Below, piece after piece: positions 8,054-18,928 of a stretch of DNA of 24,342 nucleotides. A program made the position numbers and the translations under genes. Source of the DNA: an uncultured Oligoflexus sp. GTDB taxonomy: Bacteria; Bdellovibrionota_B; Oligoflexia; Oligoflexales; Oligoflexaceae. The notes under the pieces are model-generated. The model ran no database searches, was not told where the DNA came from, and worked only from the letters and a program-made list of their open reading frames with translations. The stretch is from the NCBI GenBank assembly GCA_964236955.1, contig CAXSGP010000074.1:1-24342 (forward strand), written 5' to 3'. Positions within the stretch are counted from its first letter, which is position 1. Each line of letters begins with the position of its first letter.

Positions 8054-9253
8054 ATGGGATTGGATATCGAGAAGGTCATTCTAGACATAAAATCCGAAGC
8101 CGCCGAGTTGGAAAAGAAAGCGCCGCATGCCGATTTTCACAAATTGGAGGGCGGAAGGTTTTCTCTTAGGGCCAGGCGTCCTCCCTTAGCCCATCGCATG
8201 TTAGGAGTCTTACGGCATGAAAAACTGGGCGTATGGCGACGGCTGTATCAAATTCCTGGGGTTGGCTACCCACTCAAGTGGGTGGCGCTTATTGCGAGAC
8301 TTCCCAAGCGGATGGGTCAAATCAATCAGGATATTGCCCAGCTCAGTCGTGAGTGTAGGCATGCCGAGCACCTGCAGAGAGCCCGCTTGCAAGATCTTGA
8401 GAGTGGCTATCGGAAGTTAATTGATGCTTTTGCAGATTTGGCTGCAGAAAACGACGAGTTAAAGAAAAGCTTTCACAATCATGTGAGCAAGCTTGAGCAT
8501 CAGAATCGATTGCTGCTAGAAAACCGCTCTCAAATCGCCGAAATGTCTTCGAAGACGGCTTCTCTCTCAACTTTGAATGCCGAGGCCCCCAAGGTTTTTT
8601 TGCCGATGGATAACTTCTACCTTGCTTTTGAAAATTCGTTTCGAGGCACTCAGGAACAAATTGCTGTTAAACTGGCAATGTACGTGAGTGAGCTTCAAAA
8701 ACGAAGGGCTACCCATTCCCGTCCCATCCTCGATATCGGCTGTGGTCGCGGCGAATGGTTAAATATCTTAAGGCATGAAGGGTATAGTGCGAAGGGAATC
8801 GATCTTAATCATTTCATGATTGAAGAATGCCAATCAAAAGAGCTGAACGCTGAGCGGATTGATGCTTTGTCCTTTCTTAAGGGCCAGGCGACTAGCAGCT
8901 ACGGTGCCATCACCGCATTTCATGTGGTGGAACATTTGGAGTTTCAGGATCTCCTACGCCTTATCGATGAATGCCTGCGGGTCCTGGAACCAGCTGGTAT
9001 TCTCATTTTAGAAACCCCTAATCCCGAAAATATCATCGTTGGTGCCTGTAATTTCTACACCGATCCCACTCACATTCACCCCATTCCACCCCATTCCTTG
9101 GCATTTTACGTCCAGCAACGAGGGTTTCAGAACATCATGGTACAGCGACTTTCGCCGGTAAAGGACGGACCCTATTCCGCAGATCCTGTGGTCAATGAGC
9201 TGGCCCATTGGTTTTATCGCGAACAAGATTACGCCGTTATCGCTCAAAAATAG
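8054..9253 (+). CDS. Coiled-coil plus class I SAM methyltransferase; putative O-polysaccharide chain-terminating methyltransferase
   Basis: C-terminal FYLAFENSFRG, ILDIGCGRGEWL, AITAFHVVEHL and LILETPNP. Residues about 85-170 are heptad-like and rich in L/E/Q/K. AAGGA RBS; adjacent to wzt. Confidence 0.8.
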   Translation: MGLDIEKVILDIKSEAAELEKKAPHADFHKLEGGRFSLRARRPPLAHRMLGVLRHEKLGVWRRLYQIPGVGYPLKWVALIARLPKRMGQINQDIAQLSRECRHAEHLQRARLQDLESGYRKLIDAFADLAAENDELKKSFHNHVSKLEHQNRLLLENRSQIAEMSSKTASLSTLNAEAPKVFLPMDNFYLAFENSFRGTQEQIAVKLAMYVSELQKRRATHSRPILDIGCGRGEWLNILRHEGYSAKGIDLNHFMIEECQSKELNAERIDALSFLKGQATSSYGAITAFHVVEHLEFQDLLRLIDECLRVLEPAGILILETPNPENIIVGACNFYTDPTHIHPIPPHSLAFYVQQRGFQNIMVQRLSPVKDGPYSADPVVNELAHWFYREQDYAVIAQK

Positions 9254-9256
9254 TCC

Positions 9257-10492
9257 CTAAGGGCCCAGCCTGACCTCGGGTTTAAGGCGACAAAAGCCGG
9301 AAAATTTCTCCTCGGGGGATTGAATCACCCGAAATATCAGGGCATCATTGATCCAATCAAAACTCTCATGAATATGAGTTTCGTCGGTATGCAGGGCTAC
9401 AGTAAGACTATAGAGATGCGCACCAATATTAAGCGGCATCATAAAGGCAATGGTGCGTTTGCCTCCCGCTTTGAATAGGCCGGTATCGATACTCAGGAGA
9501 TGGGTGTTTGTGCCAAAGATATCATTGCCCAAACGATCACGAATCAAAATGCCAACTGTGGGATTTTCCACATCGTGATGAATGGTGCATGTGATACTTA
9601 TCTGGACTTGTTCACCACTGGTGAAAATATCGGTGAGACGATGATCCTGATTGAGCATGCTGACGTCAACGATCTGAATTTTTTGGTTCCCTGATCGCGA
9701 TTTTATGGCCTCTTTTAAGGCCTGGCCTAATTCCGTGCCCTCCGGATTTTCTTCCTTCATGGCGATTAAACTGTTGTAAGAGTTGAATACTTCGGCTGGT
9801 TTGCCGCCTTGAATGAGTTTGCCCTTGTGGAGAAGATAGGCGCGGTCGCATAGAGATTTGACTGCGCCCGGATCGTGCGAGACGAATAGCAGGGTTTTTC
9901 CTGCGGCTCGAAATTCTCTGATTTTGCGCATGCATTTGGCCTGAAAATAAGCATCACCGACGGCGAGCGCCTCATCAACGATAAGAATGTCAGGATCAAT
10001 ATTGATCGCTACCGCGAAGGCCAGGCGCACATACATACCCGATGAATAGGTTTTTACGGGTTGATATGCAAATTCGCCTATCTCGGCAAAATTCAAGATC
10101 TCTTGAATCAGGGCCGTAACCTTGGCGGTAGCTATGCCCATGATAGAGCATTGAAACCTAATATTCTCAACCCCGTTAAATTCCGGATTAAAGCCCGCGC
10201 CGAGCTCAAGGAGTGCCGATATCTGGCCTTTGACTTTCAACGTGCCCTGGCTTGGATGCAGAACGCCAGCAATGATTTGGAGGAGGGTGGATTTTCCACT
10301 CCCGTTCATTCCTATCAATCCTACGCATTCGCCGCGTTTCACATGGCAGCTCACCCCGTCGAGGGCATAAAAATCTTTATGATAGGTCTTCCCCCGAACG
10401 TGCAGAGCTTCTTTGAGCCGGTCCATCGGGGAATTGTAAAGCTTATAGTGCTTTGAAATATTTTCTATTTCAATTACGTTTTCATGGCTCAT
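9257..10492 (-). CDS. wzt: Polysaccharide ABC transporter ATP-binding protein with C-terminal carbohydrate-binding (Wzt_C) domain
   Basis: Walker A GMNGSGKST, LLELGAGFNPE, signature YSSGMYVRLAF, Walker B ILIVDE, H-loop VSHD, and a beta-rich C-terminal extension of about 150 aa (VGILIRDRLGNDIFGTNT). Confidence 0.95.
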   Translation of the reverse strand: MSHENVIEIENISKHYKLYNSPMDRLKEALHVRGKTYHKDFYALDGVSCHVKRGECVGLIGMNGSGKSTLLQIIAGVLHPSQGTLKVKGQISALLELGAGFNPEFNGVENIRFQCSIMGIATAKVTALIQEILNFAEIGEFAYQPVKTYSSGMYVRLAFAVAINIDPDILIVDEALAVGDAYFQAKCMRKIREFRAAGKTLLFVSHDPGAVKSLCDRAYLLHKGKLIQGGKPAEVFNSYNSLIAMKEENPEGTELGQALKEAIKSRSGNQKIQIVDVSMLNQDHRLTDIFTSGEQVQISITCTIHHDVENPTVGILIRDRLGNDIFGTNTHLLSIDTGLFKAGGKRTIAFMMPLNIGAHLYSLTVALHTDETHIHESFDWINDALIFRVIQSPEEKFSGFCRLKPEVRLGP

Positions 10493-10494
10493 GT

Positions 10495-11334
10495 TTATAA
10501 TACATCCGCGAAATGAGGGCGTAATTTACGGAACAAGAAGAAACCGAAAAAGAAAATAGCGAGGTTTAGGATCCAAAAATAGAGGGTGAGAGACAGGCTA
10601 GCCTCCCAGAAGCCTTTGCCATAGAGAAAGGACTCGCGGTAGCCATCGACGACATAGTACATCGGATTTAACTTCATAAGATGCAGGTACTGTGGTGGGA
10701 CCGCCGAAGGGTCCCAAATAACCGGAGTCACCCAAAAGCCAAATTGCACGACTATTCCCACCAGCTGGCCGATATCTTTTAGAAACACCGAGAGGGCCGA
10801 GGTGATCCAGCCTAGTCCTGAGAGGAGAACGAGCATACCCGCTAAGTAATAGATGGCCTGCAGCCAGTAAAGAGTCGGGTAAATGCCGTTTAAGATGAGC
10901 ACTGCCATGAGGATGAGAATAAAGACGCAATGCAGAAGGAGAGACGACAGGATCTTTATCAGGGGCAGCAAAGCAATTTGAAATTTTACCTTTTTCACCA
11001 GGAACGCATATTCCGCCAACGCGTTGGAGCTAATTAGGAGTGCATCGGAGAAAAAATTCCATGAAATCATGGCTGTAAAAAACCAAGCGACAAAGGGCAC
11101 ATTATTTTTGGGACTGCCAGCTTTGAGGCCAACTGTAAATACAAACCAAAGAATGATCATCATCGTCAGTGGCTGTAGAAAAGCCCAGAGGATTCCCAGC
11201 AGAGAACCTGCATATCGGCCTTTAAAATCGCGGGCCGTAAGGCTGTAGATCATTCTTTTGTGTCGGAAAAGATCCCCGAAAAATTCCAGCGGCGAAGCAA
11301 TAGTGGCTTGGAGCGGGCTAAGTTTTAATGGCAT
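10495..11334 (-). CDS. wzm: Polysaccharide ABC transporter permease
   Basis: RDFKGRYAGSLLGILWAFLQP, LVKKVKF, FWVTPVIW, LNPMYYVVDGYR and FADVL. Start placed at ATG 11334 (GAGG RBS), overlapping the upstream gene end. Confidence 0.95.
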   Translation of the reverse strand: MPLKLSPLQATIASPLEFFGDLFRHKRMIYSLTARDFKGRYAGSLLGILWAFLQPLTMMIILWFVFTVGLKAGSPKNNVPFVAWFFTAMISWNFFSDALLISSNALAEYAFLVKKVKFQIALLPLIKILSSLLLHCVFILILMAVLILNGIYPTLYWLQAIYYLAGMLVLLSGLGWITSALSVFLKDIGQLVGIVVQFGFWVTPVIWDPSAVPPQYLHLMKLNPMYYVVDGYRESFLYGKGFWEASLSLTLYFWILNLAIFFFGFFLFRKLRPHFADVL

Positions 11335-12406
11335 GAATGGCCTCAAGGGTTTGTTCCAGGAGTCGAGGCGCCTCGAAGCGGTTGATGTTTATCTTGCCGT
11401 TCTTGATGAGTTCGTCCTTTAGGCTGGGACTGATAAAAATTTGGTGCAAGGCGGCCGCATATTCCCCGTAGTTCAGGCCTTTAAAGAGTAGCTGCCCTTG
11501 CCCCAGCGTTTCTCCAACAGCAGACTGATCCCATGCAACTATGGGCAAAGCGTTATACTGTGCTTCCAGAATGGGCACACAGAAACCCTCATGTTCGGAG
11601 AGCAGCAAAAAGGCATCGCAGCCCCGATAGAAGGCTGCCAGTTCCTCAAAGGTGATCTTGTCATGAAAACTGATGAGCCCTAGAAGTTTTAGAGTTTGAA
11701 TCTCGTCCTCGATTTGCTGGAGGTAAGGTCTGTCGCCCGGGCTAAGGCCGCCCACGATATGCAGATGAATTTTCTTACCATAGTAGGCCACATAGCGTTG
11801 TATCGTACGGAGAAGGTGCAAATGGCCCTTGTTGGGGGCAACTCGGCCCACAAACAAAACATGTTTGACTTCGTCCGTCAAAGCCGAGATGAGTTCAGGG
11901 CTTGGGACGACTTCCTCATAGTCATGAATTCTATTAAAGGGGGCTATGACCTGTGTGTGGTTACGGGGCGCTCCGGCCCTGACGAGTTCTTCTGTGTTAA
12001 ATTGGGAATCGCCTACAAAGAGGCTGACTTTGCCACTCTGAATGAAACGCGCCGATTGCGCCCTACCTTCAGTCGTCAGGTGTACGCGATGCCTGTCAAA
12101 GGCAAAATATTGGGGAGGCGTGATGTTATGATATTTAAAGAGCAACTTGCAGCGCATCAGGCTTAGCATCGAATCGCCAATCGCCCAAAACACACTATGG
12201 TGATAGATGAGGAGATTGCGCCTATCCCGCAAATCACTTTCGAAATCAAATCTTGAGCTGTTGATGCTCAACAGTGACTCATGGCAATGCTCGGAAAAAA
12301 TCTTAACCTTAAAACCATGGGCACTAAGCTGTCTGGACTGTTGAAGCACATCGTTACTGACAGCATCGTTGGGCACTAATGAAGGCGTGGCAATCAATAT
12401 CCTCAC
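11318..12406 (-). CDS. Glycosyltransferase family 4
   Basis: GTG start after AAGGA; DAVSND, KYHNITPP, LFVGRVAPNKG and SEHEGFCVPILEA (E-x7-E). Confidence 0.9.
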   Translation of the reverse strand: MRILIATPSLVPNDAVSNDVLQQSRQLSAHGFKVKIFSEHCHESLLSINSSRFDFESDLRDRRNLLIYHHSVFWAIGDSMLSLMRCKLLFKYHNITPPQYFAFDRHRVHLTTEGRAQSARFIQSGKVSLFVGDSQFNTEELVRAGAPRNHTQVIAPFNRIHDYEEVVPSPELISALTDEVKHVLFVGRVAPNKGHLHLLRTIQRYVAYYGKKIHLHIVGGLSPGDRPYLQQIEDEIQTLKLLGLISFHDKITFEELAAFYRGCDAFLLLSEHEGFCVPILEAQYNALPIVAWDQSAVGETLGQGQLLFKGLNYGEYAAALHQIFISPSLKDELIKNGKININRFEAPRLLEQTLEAIHAIKT

Positions 12407-12417
12407 TCAGAGTTTCC

Positions 12418-13524
12418 TTAGACCAGTGTTTCAAATATCGTAATCAAATCGGTGAGCAAAACCTCAGGTTCAAATCGCTGGTAGTTTTTATACCCGGCTT
12501 CTATGCACTGCTGCCGTAATGTCTTGTCGGTTTTCAAGCGATGCAGCGCAACAGCAAAAGCGGCGGGATTCTTGTCGTCAAGAACCAACTGATTCTCACC
12601 GATTGTTTCGGGAACGGCCGCCAGGCCCAAGGCCAGAATCGGCAGTCCGAGATACTGACTCTCCAGGATAGGCACACAAAATCCTTCATGCTCCGACATC
12701 AGCAAAAAAGCAGCTGAGTATTCGAAGTAAGCCTTGATTTGTGCGAATTCTACCTTCTTTAAAAAATGAATATGCTGGTCAAGCTGATACGAATTTATCT
12801 TGTCTTCAATTTCCCGAAAATAGGTTTCCTCGGAAAGACCCAGGCCGCCGATGATATTGATTTCAATAGCCGCTCCGTAGAATCTTATATACTTGCGCAT
12901 CACTTCAATGATTGACAGGATGCCTTTGTTGGGGACGATGCGTCCCACAAAGAGCAGATTCAAACGTCCATTCTGCTCGAGTTTGGTTTTTATAGCCTCA
13001 TCACTCGTTATGCGGTCAAAGTCGCTAAGCTGGGTAAAAGGTGGCACAACAAAACTTTGTGGGAGCTCAAATCCATAAGTTCTAAGATCATTGAGATTAT
13101 AATAAGAATCACAGATTATAGCGTGAAACTGCTTCTTTTCAAGAAAATCACCCGTCTGCGTGCGTCCGGCTTCGGTTGCAAATGTAGCAATTCTATCATA
13201 GGGCCGATAGAACTCGGGGGGAGTAATGTTATGATACTTCATAACAGTGACACATCGCGCCTCCTTCAGGATTTGGGCGCCCAGTATCCAGTAAACCCCA
13301 TGATGATAGATCAGCAGCGTGCGCGGCTCGGCAGCTAAATGCTTCATTTCTTCAATCGAAATCATCTCACTCGCGAGTTTTGGCGACGAGCCTTCCGCAT
13401 AGAGGAAGGCATCAAAGCCTTTTCCCTTCAGTAAGCGGGCTTGCCAGGCCGCGTCATTGGATATGGCGTCATGTTCGGAGTACCATGGCAGTACAATAAG
13501 AATCTTGGCAAAGGGCAGACTCAT
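12418..13524 (-). CDS. Glycosyltransferase family 4, tandem paralog of 11318-12406
   Basis: DAISND, KYHNITPP, LFVGRIVPNKG and SEHEGFCVPILES; AAGGA RBS. Confidence 0.9.
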   Translation of the reverse strand: MSLPFAKILIVLPWYSEHDAISNDAAWQARLLKGKGFDAFLYAEGSSPKLASEMISIEEMKHLAAEPRTLLIYHHGVYWILGAQILKEARCVTVMKYHNITPPEFYRPYDRIATFATEAGRTQTGDFLEKKQFHAIICDSYYNLNDLRTYGFELPQSFVVPPFTQLSDFDRITSDEAIKTKLEQNGRLNLLFVGRIVPNKGILSIIEVMRKYIRFYGAAIEINIIGGLGLSEETYFREIEDKINSYQLDQHIHFLKKVEFAQIKAYFEYSAAFLLMSEHEGFCVPILESQYLGLPILALGLAAVPETIGENQLVLDDKNPAAFAVALHRLKTDKTLRQQCIEAGYKNYQRFEPEVLLTDLITIFETLV

Positions 13525-13563
13525 GCTTGGTCCTTTTTGGAGTATCGATCGAAGGCCATGAGT

Positions 13564-15599
<2,036 letters not shown>

Positions 15600-15663
15600 T
15601 CAGAACCGACTCTCTTAAAAAGCAAAATATTGCCTATTTTGGCAGCAGATTTAACCTGGTAAA

Positions 15664-17091
15664 TTGGCGGGTTTTGTGGATACTGAGAATATACTTGTCG
15701 TTGATCTTGATAACACTCTCATAAAAACGGATCTCCTCCAGGAATCGTTTTTTTCTTTTATCAAGAAAAATCCGCTGCGGGGATTTGCTGTAATAGCTGC
15801 ACTTTGCAAGGGCAAAGTCGCCCTGAAAAATATGCTGGCGCAACACGTCGAAATCAAGCCAGAGCTCCTGCCTTACAACGACAAGGTGCTCAAAAGAATC
15901 GAAAAGGCAAGAAGCGAAGGGATGAAAGTCATTCTCGCGTCAGCCTCTCACGAAACCTACGTGAAAAAAATCGCCGAGCATCTGGGGGTGTTCGACTCCT
16001 ATATGGGATCGAGCGAAAGGAATTTAAAAGGGATTGAAAAAGTTCAGGCTCTCCGCAAGCGCTATCCCTTGGCAAAATTAGAGTACATCGGGGATGCACG
16101 CGCGGACCTCGCGATATGGAAGGAACTGGGCAGCGCTTTAGTCGTCAATCCGTCGAGGTCCTTGAAGGCTAGCCTTAAGAGTGCAAACATTCCTTTCGAA
16201 CTTGTAGATGACTCTAAGAAAGTTACGGCAAAAGTCCTAAAAAAAGCTGTGCGTATTCACCAATGGGCAAAAAACGCCCTTATTTTCTTACCGCTGATCC
16301 TGGCGCATGCCGTTGACCCATCCCTTTGGTTAAAGGCGGTTGTTGCATGTCTGGCGTTTTGCTGTACCGCCTCATCTATTTATTTGCTTAATGACCTGCT
16401 GGACCTCGATTCCGATCGCAAACATCCCAGTAAAAGAAATCGACCTTTTGCGTCGGGTACCTTAAGTATCGGCAAAGGCTTGATGCTCTATGGAATTGCG
16501 GTCACCGGGGCTTTGATTCTCGCGGGTCTAAGTTCAAATACTTTCGGTTTGGTGCTACTGTTTTATTTCATCAGCAACCTTGCCTACTCGTTTCGATTAA
16601 AGCAGGTCCAAAGCCTTGATATCATCTTGCTCGCGGGAATGTATACCATGCGTATCCTCGCTGGAGGTGAATCGACGGGCGTCAAGGCATCGCCATGGCT
16701 GTTGGCCTTTTCCATCTTTCTCTTTTTTGGTTTGGCCGCACTGAAAAGATTTGCCGAAGTGTCGAAACTTCAATCCAACGAAAATGCTTCGGGTCGCGGC
16801 TATTTTGCTCAAGATAAATGGACACTTTTAGTTCTGGGCTGCAGCAGTTCCTTGATCTCGTGCCTGGTCCTGGCGCTCTATTTTTTCAACGGTTCCGTCA
16901 CGATTGATCTCTATAGCCGCCCCCAGCTCCTGTGGTTAATCCTTCCCCTTCATCTCTATTGGGTCAGCTGTCTTTGGATCTTTGCTGGTCGCGGACTGGT
17001 CGATGAAGACCCCGTACTCTATGCCGTAAAAAGTCCTCGTACCTATGTCGTCGCCCTAAGTGTGCTGGCCATCCTCTACTTCGCTATTTAG
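15664..17091 (+). CDS. HAD phosphatase-UbiA prenyltransferase fusion (polyprenyl-phosphate phosphoribosyltransferase family), copy 1
   Basis: HAD motifs DLDNT, ASAS, NLKG and YIGDARAD. UbiA/DPPR-synthase motifs RIHQWAKN, YLLNDLLDLDSDRKHPSKRNRPFASG, YSFRLK, LKRFAE, GRGY and DEDP. TTG start. Confidence 0.92.
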   Translation: MAGFVDTENILVVDLDNTLIKTDLLQESFFSFIKKNPLRGFAVIAALCKGKVALKNMLAQHVEIKPELLPYNDKVLKRIEKARSEGMKVILASASHETYVKKIAEHLGVFDSYMGSSERNLKGIEKVQALRKRYPLAKLEYIGDARADLAIWKELGSALVVNPSRSLKASLKSANIPFELVDDSKKVTAKVLKKAVRIHQWAKNALIFLPLILAHAVDPSLWLKAVVACLAFCCTASSIYLLNDLLDLDSDRKHPSKRNRPFASGTLSIGKGLMLYGIAVTGALILAGLSSNTFGLVLLFYFISNLAYSFRLKQVQSLDIILLAGMYTMRILAGGESTGVKASPWLLAFSIFLFFGLAALKRFAEVSKLQSNENASGRGYFAQDKWTLLVLGCSSSLISCLVLALYFFNGSVTIDLYSRPQLLWLILPLHLYWVSCLWIFAGRGLVDEDPVLYAVKSPRTYVVALSVLAILYFAI

Positions 17092-17211
17092 TGTCTGTCC
17101 GGAAAAGGCGATGGCTGCGTTTCATCGGCAGAAAAAAATGCTCATTTATGGGGAATAAACGCCGCTTTTTTTCTGCCTTGCGCCTTGCCATCCCCATTTT
17201 CGGACAGACAC
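17091..17211. mobile_element. 121-bp MITE-like non-autonomous element
   Basis: Perfect 11-bp terminal inverted repeat GTGTCTGTCCG...CGGACAGACAC that extends imperfectly inward. Inner 12-bp inverted repeat GGCAGAAAAAAA/TTTTTTTCTGCC. Flanked by the perfect direct repeat TATTTA (17085-17090 and 17212-17217). Confidence 0.8.
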
Positions 17212-18455
17212 TATTTAAGGATATGGACGTCGGCTCGAGACGCGATGATCGCGACCCGCTCGGCATAGGTCTTGACGATATTATTCCAATTGAAAAGGCC
17301 ATCGATGGCAGCGCGGCCCAGGTCTAGCTCTTTATTATCTGCGTCACTTTTCCCAAACGCTAACATTGCGGACAGGCCGATATTAAACTCCTCAGGGTTA
17401 TTATAGACAAACACGGACTTTGCCAGGGCCCGGTAGTCTCGTAAAACCTCGCAAAAGCCGTTAACGAGAACGGGCGTTCGCAGAGCCATGGCCTCGGCGA
17501 CAATAATGGAAAGACTTTCAAAGGCCGAAGGATTGATCATACCCAAGGAATTTTGAATAAGGCTGACTTTTTCAGATTCCGATACAAACCCGAGATACTG
17601 AATCTGTGGATGATCGGGAATCTGAAAATTTGGGTCTTTTCCGCCGGCAAGCGACAAAGTGATGGCATTATCGTTTTGAGACGAAACATAATTGAGAAAG
17701 TTCTCAATGAGCACATGGACCAGCTTCGACTGATCGACCCGTCCCATGTAGAGCACGTACCGGCCAAAGGCCTCAGTTCTGGCAATAAAATCTTTTGAGG
17801 GAAGATCTAATGCCAGATCAATACCCATACCCGCCCGAAAAATCTTAGTTGAGGCGGCCGGTTCAATGGCTGTGACAAGTCGTGATTCGGCATCCGTATT
17901 GGTCAAAATGAATCGGGCAGAGGCAATTGTCGATTTTGTAGCCCTGAAGTAGAAGGGAGGTTCATCATGGGCCTCCGGAATCAAAATCGATTTTGAGGGA
18001 TTAATCTGAATACCGGCTACTGTCGGGTGATAGAGATAGGTAAAGAACAAAATTGCATCGTAGCTCGACTCTTCAGCAGTTAAGAATTTAACAAGCGTTG
18101 GCGAGTAAGGTCCCTGAGCTAAGTACCATAATTTTTCTAAGAGCGGCGTCGCCCATTGCAGCCAGGAGCGTCGCTCTAAGCTAGGTTGGTATCGGCATGT
18201 TAAGCGATGAATAAGATTAAAGAGCTTCCATCGAGAAAAGGCATTTGGAAACCTGTGAACCTTGATACCATTGACAAGTGAAGCACCTACTGGAAAATAA
18301 TTATTCCATGTGCGGTAATCGAGGGCAGTGGTTGTGATCACCTCTACATTCCAGTTGAGATATTCCTTGAGTCTCTCGGCAATCTTTCGACTGTGGGTTT
18401 CAGCTCCCCCAACCACTTCATTGCCATAGCGTTGAACCACAATGGCTATCTTCAT
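17211..18455 (-). CDS. Glycosyltransferase family 4
   Basis: MKIAIVVQRYGNEVVGGAE, TTTALDYRTW, QGPYSP, PEAHDEP, LYMGRVDQSK and NPSAFESLSIIVAEAMALRTPVLVNG; TAAGGA RBS. Confidence 0.9.
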   Translation of the reverse strand: MKIAIVVQRYGNEVVGGAETHSRKIAERLKEYLNWNVEVITTTALDYRTWNNYFPVGASLVNGIKVHRFPNAFSRWKLFNLIHRLTCRYQPSLERRSWLQWATPLLEKLWYLAQGPYSPTLVKFLTAEESSYDAILFFTYLYHPTVAGIQINPSKSILIPEAHDEPPFYFRATKSTIASARFILTNTDAESRLVTAIEPAASTKIFRAGMGIDLALDLPSKDFIARTEAFGRYVLYMGRVDQSKLVHVLIENFLNYVSSQNDNAITLSLAGGKDPNFQIPDHPQIQYLGFVSESEKVSLIQNSLGMINPSAFESLSIIVAEAMALRTPVLVNGFCEVLRDYRALAKSVFVYNNPEEFNIGLSAMLAFGKSDADNKELDLGRAAIDGLFNWNNIVKTYAERVAIIASRADVHILK

Positions 18456-18854
18456 ATAGATCCTTAAGTTATCACTAGGTCATCCACTCTACGCTTAAAA
18501 CGCCTTCGTCATAAGGAAATGGGCCCGGCTTGGTCAAAGGTGATTCGTACTCAGGCATGCCCTCAGAGCTGAACACGTTTCTAAAAACCATGAAATCTGT
18601 GGGCCAAAGAAAAGCAGGCTTTGCCAAAATGTCTTTTTTGCGCACTACAGAAGCTTCCGCTTACTATCGTGACAGTCTTTATCGCTTCGGCAATTTCATG
18701 ACTTTCTTCCAAATCTAACTGCTCTTAAATAGTGCTATGAGTTTGTAATGGGGTTAATGTTACCTTAATCAGGCGGCGTAAGCTTTAATAATTGTTTTTT
18801 TCGCTAAGTCGGTAGAGAAGCCGGAACCCTCTTTGCTCATTGTTGACAATGGAG

Positions 18855-18882
18855 TTGACTCCTGTCGAAGGGCCCGGATAAT
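18855..18882 (+). promoter_or_regulatory. Putative sigma70 promoter for rfbBAD
   Basis: TTGACT (18855-18860), 16 nt, GATAAT (18877-18882). Strong SD GAGGTG at 18916-18921, 7 nt before the TTG start. Confidence 0.5.
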
Positions 18883-18928
18883 AGCCCTAATTCACGAATG
18901 CGTGATGCGAAATATGAGGTGAAAGAGT

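Noticed and set aside
15621..15636. Sigma54-like site AGGCAATATTTTGCT on the minus strand
   Set aside because: GG-to-GC spacing is 9 nt, not the required 10.
17084..17327. Small ORFs 17091-17327 (+) and 17084-17302 (-)
   Set aside because: They run through the MITE and the GT4 3' end; no transposase or other motif.
18530..18718. 62-aa ORF in the GT4/rfbB spacer
   Set aside because: TTG start, no well-placed RBS and no recognisable features. A small protein cannot be fully excluded without ribosome profiling.
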